A DNA stretch of 64,000 nucleotides from Acinetobacter phage At2: the sequence record PQ656108.1; one strand, given 5' to 3'. The notes beneath the pieces are model-generated. The model saw nothing but the letters and a program-made list of their open reading frames with translations. It was not told the DNA's origin and did no database searches. Made by a program: the position numbers and the translations under genes. This document shows positions 63,941 through 64,000 of the stretch, piece by piece. Every line of letters starts with the position of its first letter. The first letter of the stretch is position 1.

Positions 63941-64000
63941 GTCAAGGAAGTACTCATATAAATACTCCTGTACTAATGGATCTTCTGTATTGGCAGGTAC

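Noticed and set aside
1-64000. CRISPR arrays, integrases, transposases, attachment sites
   Set aside because: No regularly spaced direct repeats and no integrase or transposase-like ORFs were seen; the gene content is that of a strictly lytic phage.

Overview
This window reads as a contiguous stretch of a lytic N4-like (Schitoviridae-type) podophage genome. It is AT-rich, roughly 40% GC by eye, tightly packed, and punctuated by many hairpin-plus-T-run terminators. Nothing here was checked by database search; every call rests on motifs and gene order. Plus strand, left to right, in seven blocks. (1) An early region of small ORFans with repeat and hairpin promoter candidates (1-4500). (2) The two-subunit T7-like RNAP II; the 421-aa subunit carries the SGIQ and HD catalytic motifs (4500-7050). 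(3) A tandem run of at least 15 small paralogous proteins sharing a C-terminal L-x-L-[LI]-P-x-x-E-A-[KR]-x-x-Y-[LF] peptide (7.1-14.5 kb); a clean tRNA-Arg(CCU) at 11003-11077 sits inside this run. (4) Two degenerate tRNA-like elements followed by a ~750-nt ORF-free region, together bounded by terminators; this is a candidate large structured ncRNA (14.56-15.52 kb). (5) A replication block: MoxR-like AAA+ ATPase plus vWA protein, a second ATPase, a Dda/RecD-like helicase and a family-A DNA polymerase (16.7-25.8 kb). (6) A nucleotide-metabolism set: P-loop nucleotide kinase, NUDIX, then ThyX and RNR alpha/beta (27.6-42.9 kb). (7) A Cas4-like PD-(D/E)XK nuclease, primase-like protein, AAA ATPase, HNH-AP2 homing endonuclease, possible SSB and a RuvC-like resolvase (43.1-49.6 kb). 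Minus strand: a giant 3342-aa virion RNA polymerase (50496-60524), then virion proteins including an SLT-domain protein (60.6-63.9 kb). A minus-strand module (30307-39115) is embedded between the kinase/NUDIX and ThyX/RNR genes; it holds a 1348-aa tail fiber, a Gly-zipper/QN-rich protein, a CHAP-like endolysin, overlapped i-/o-spanins and a small tail-fiber-motif protein, and is interrupted by two small plus-strand genes with bidirectional terminators. No CRISPR array, integrase or transposase was seen. Best candidates for undescribed biology, in order: the tRNA-associated large ncRNA locus, the expanded C-terminal-motif family, and the inverted fiber/lysis module with its atypical Gly-zipper protein.
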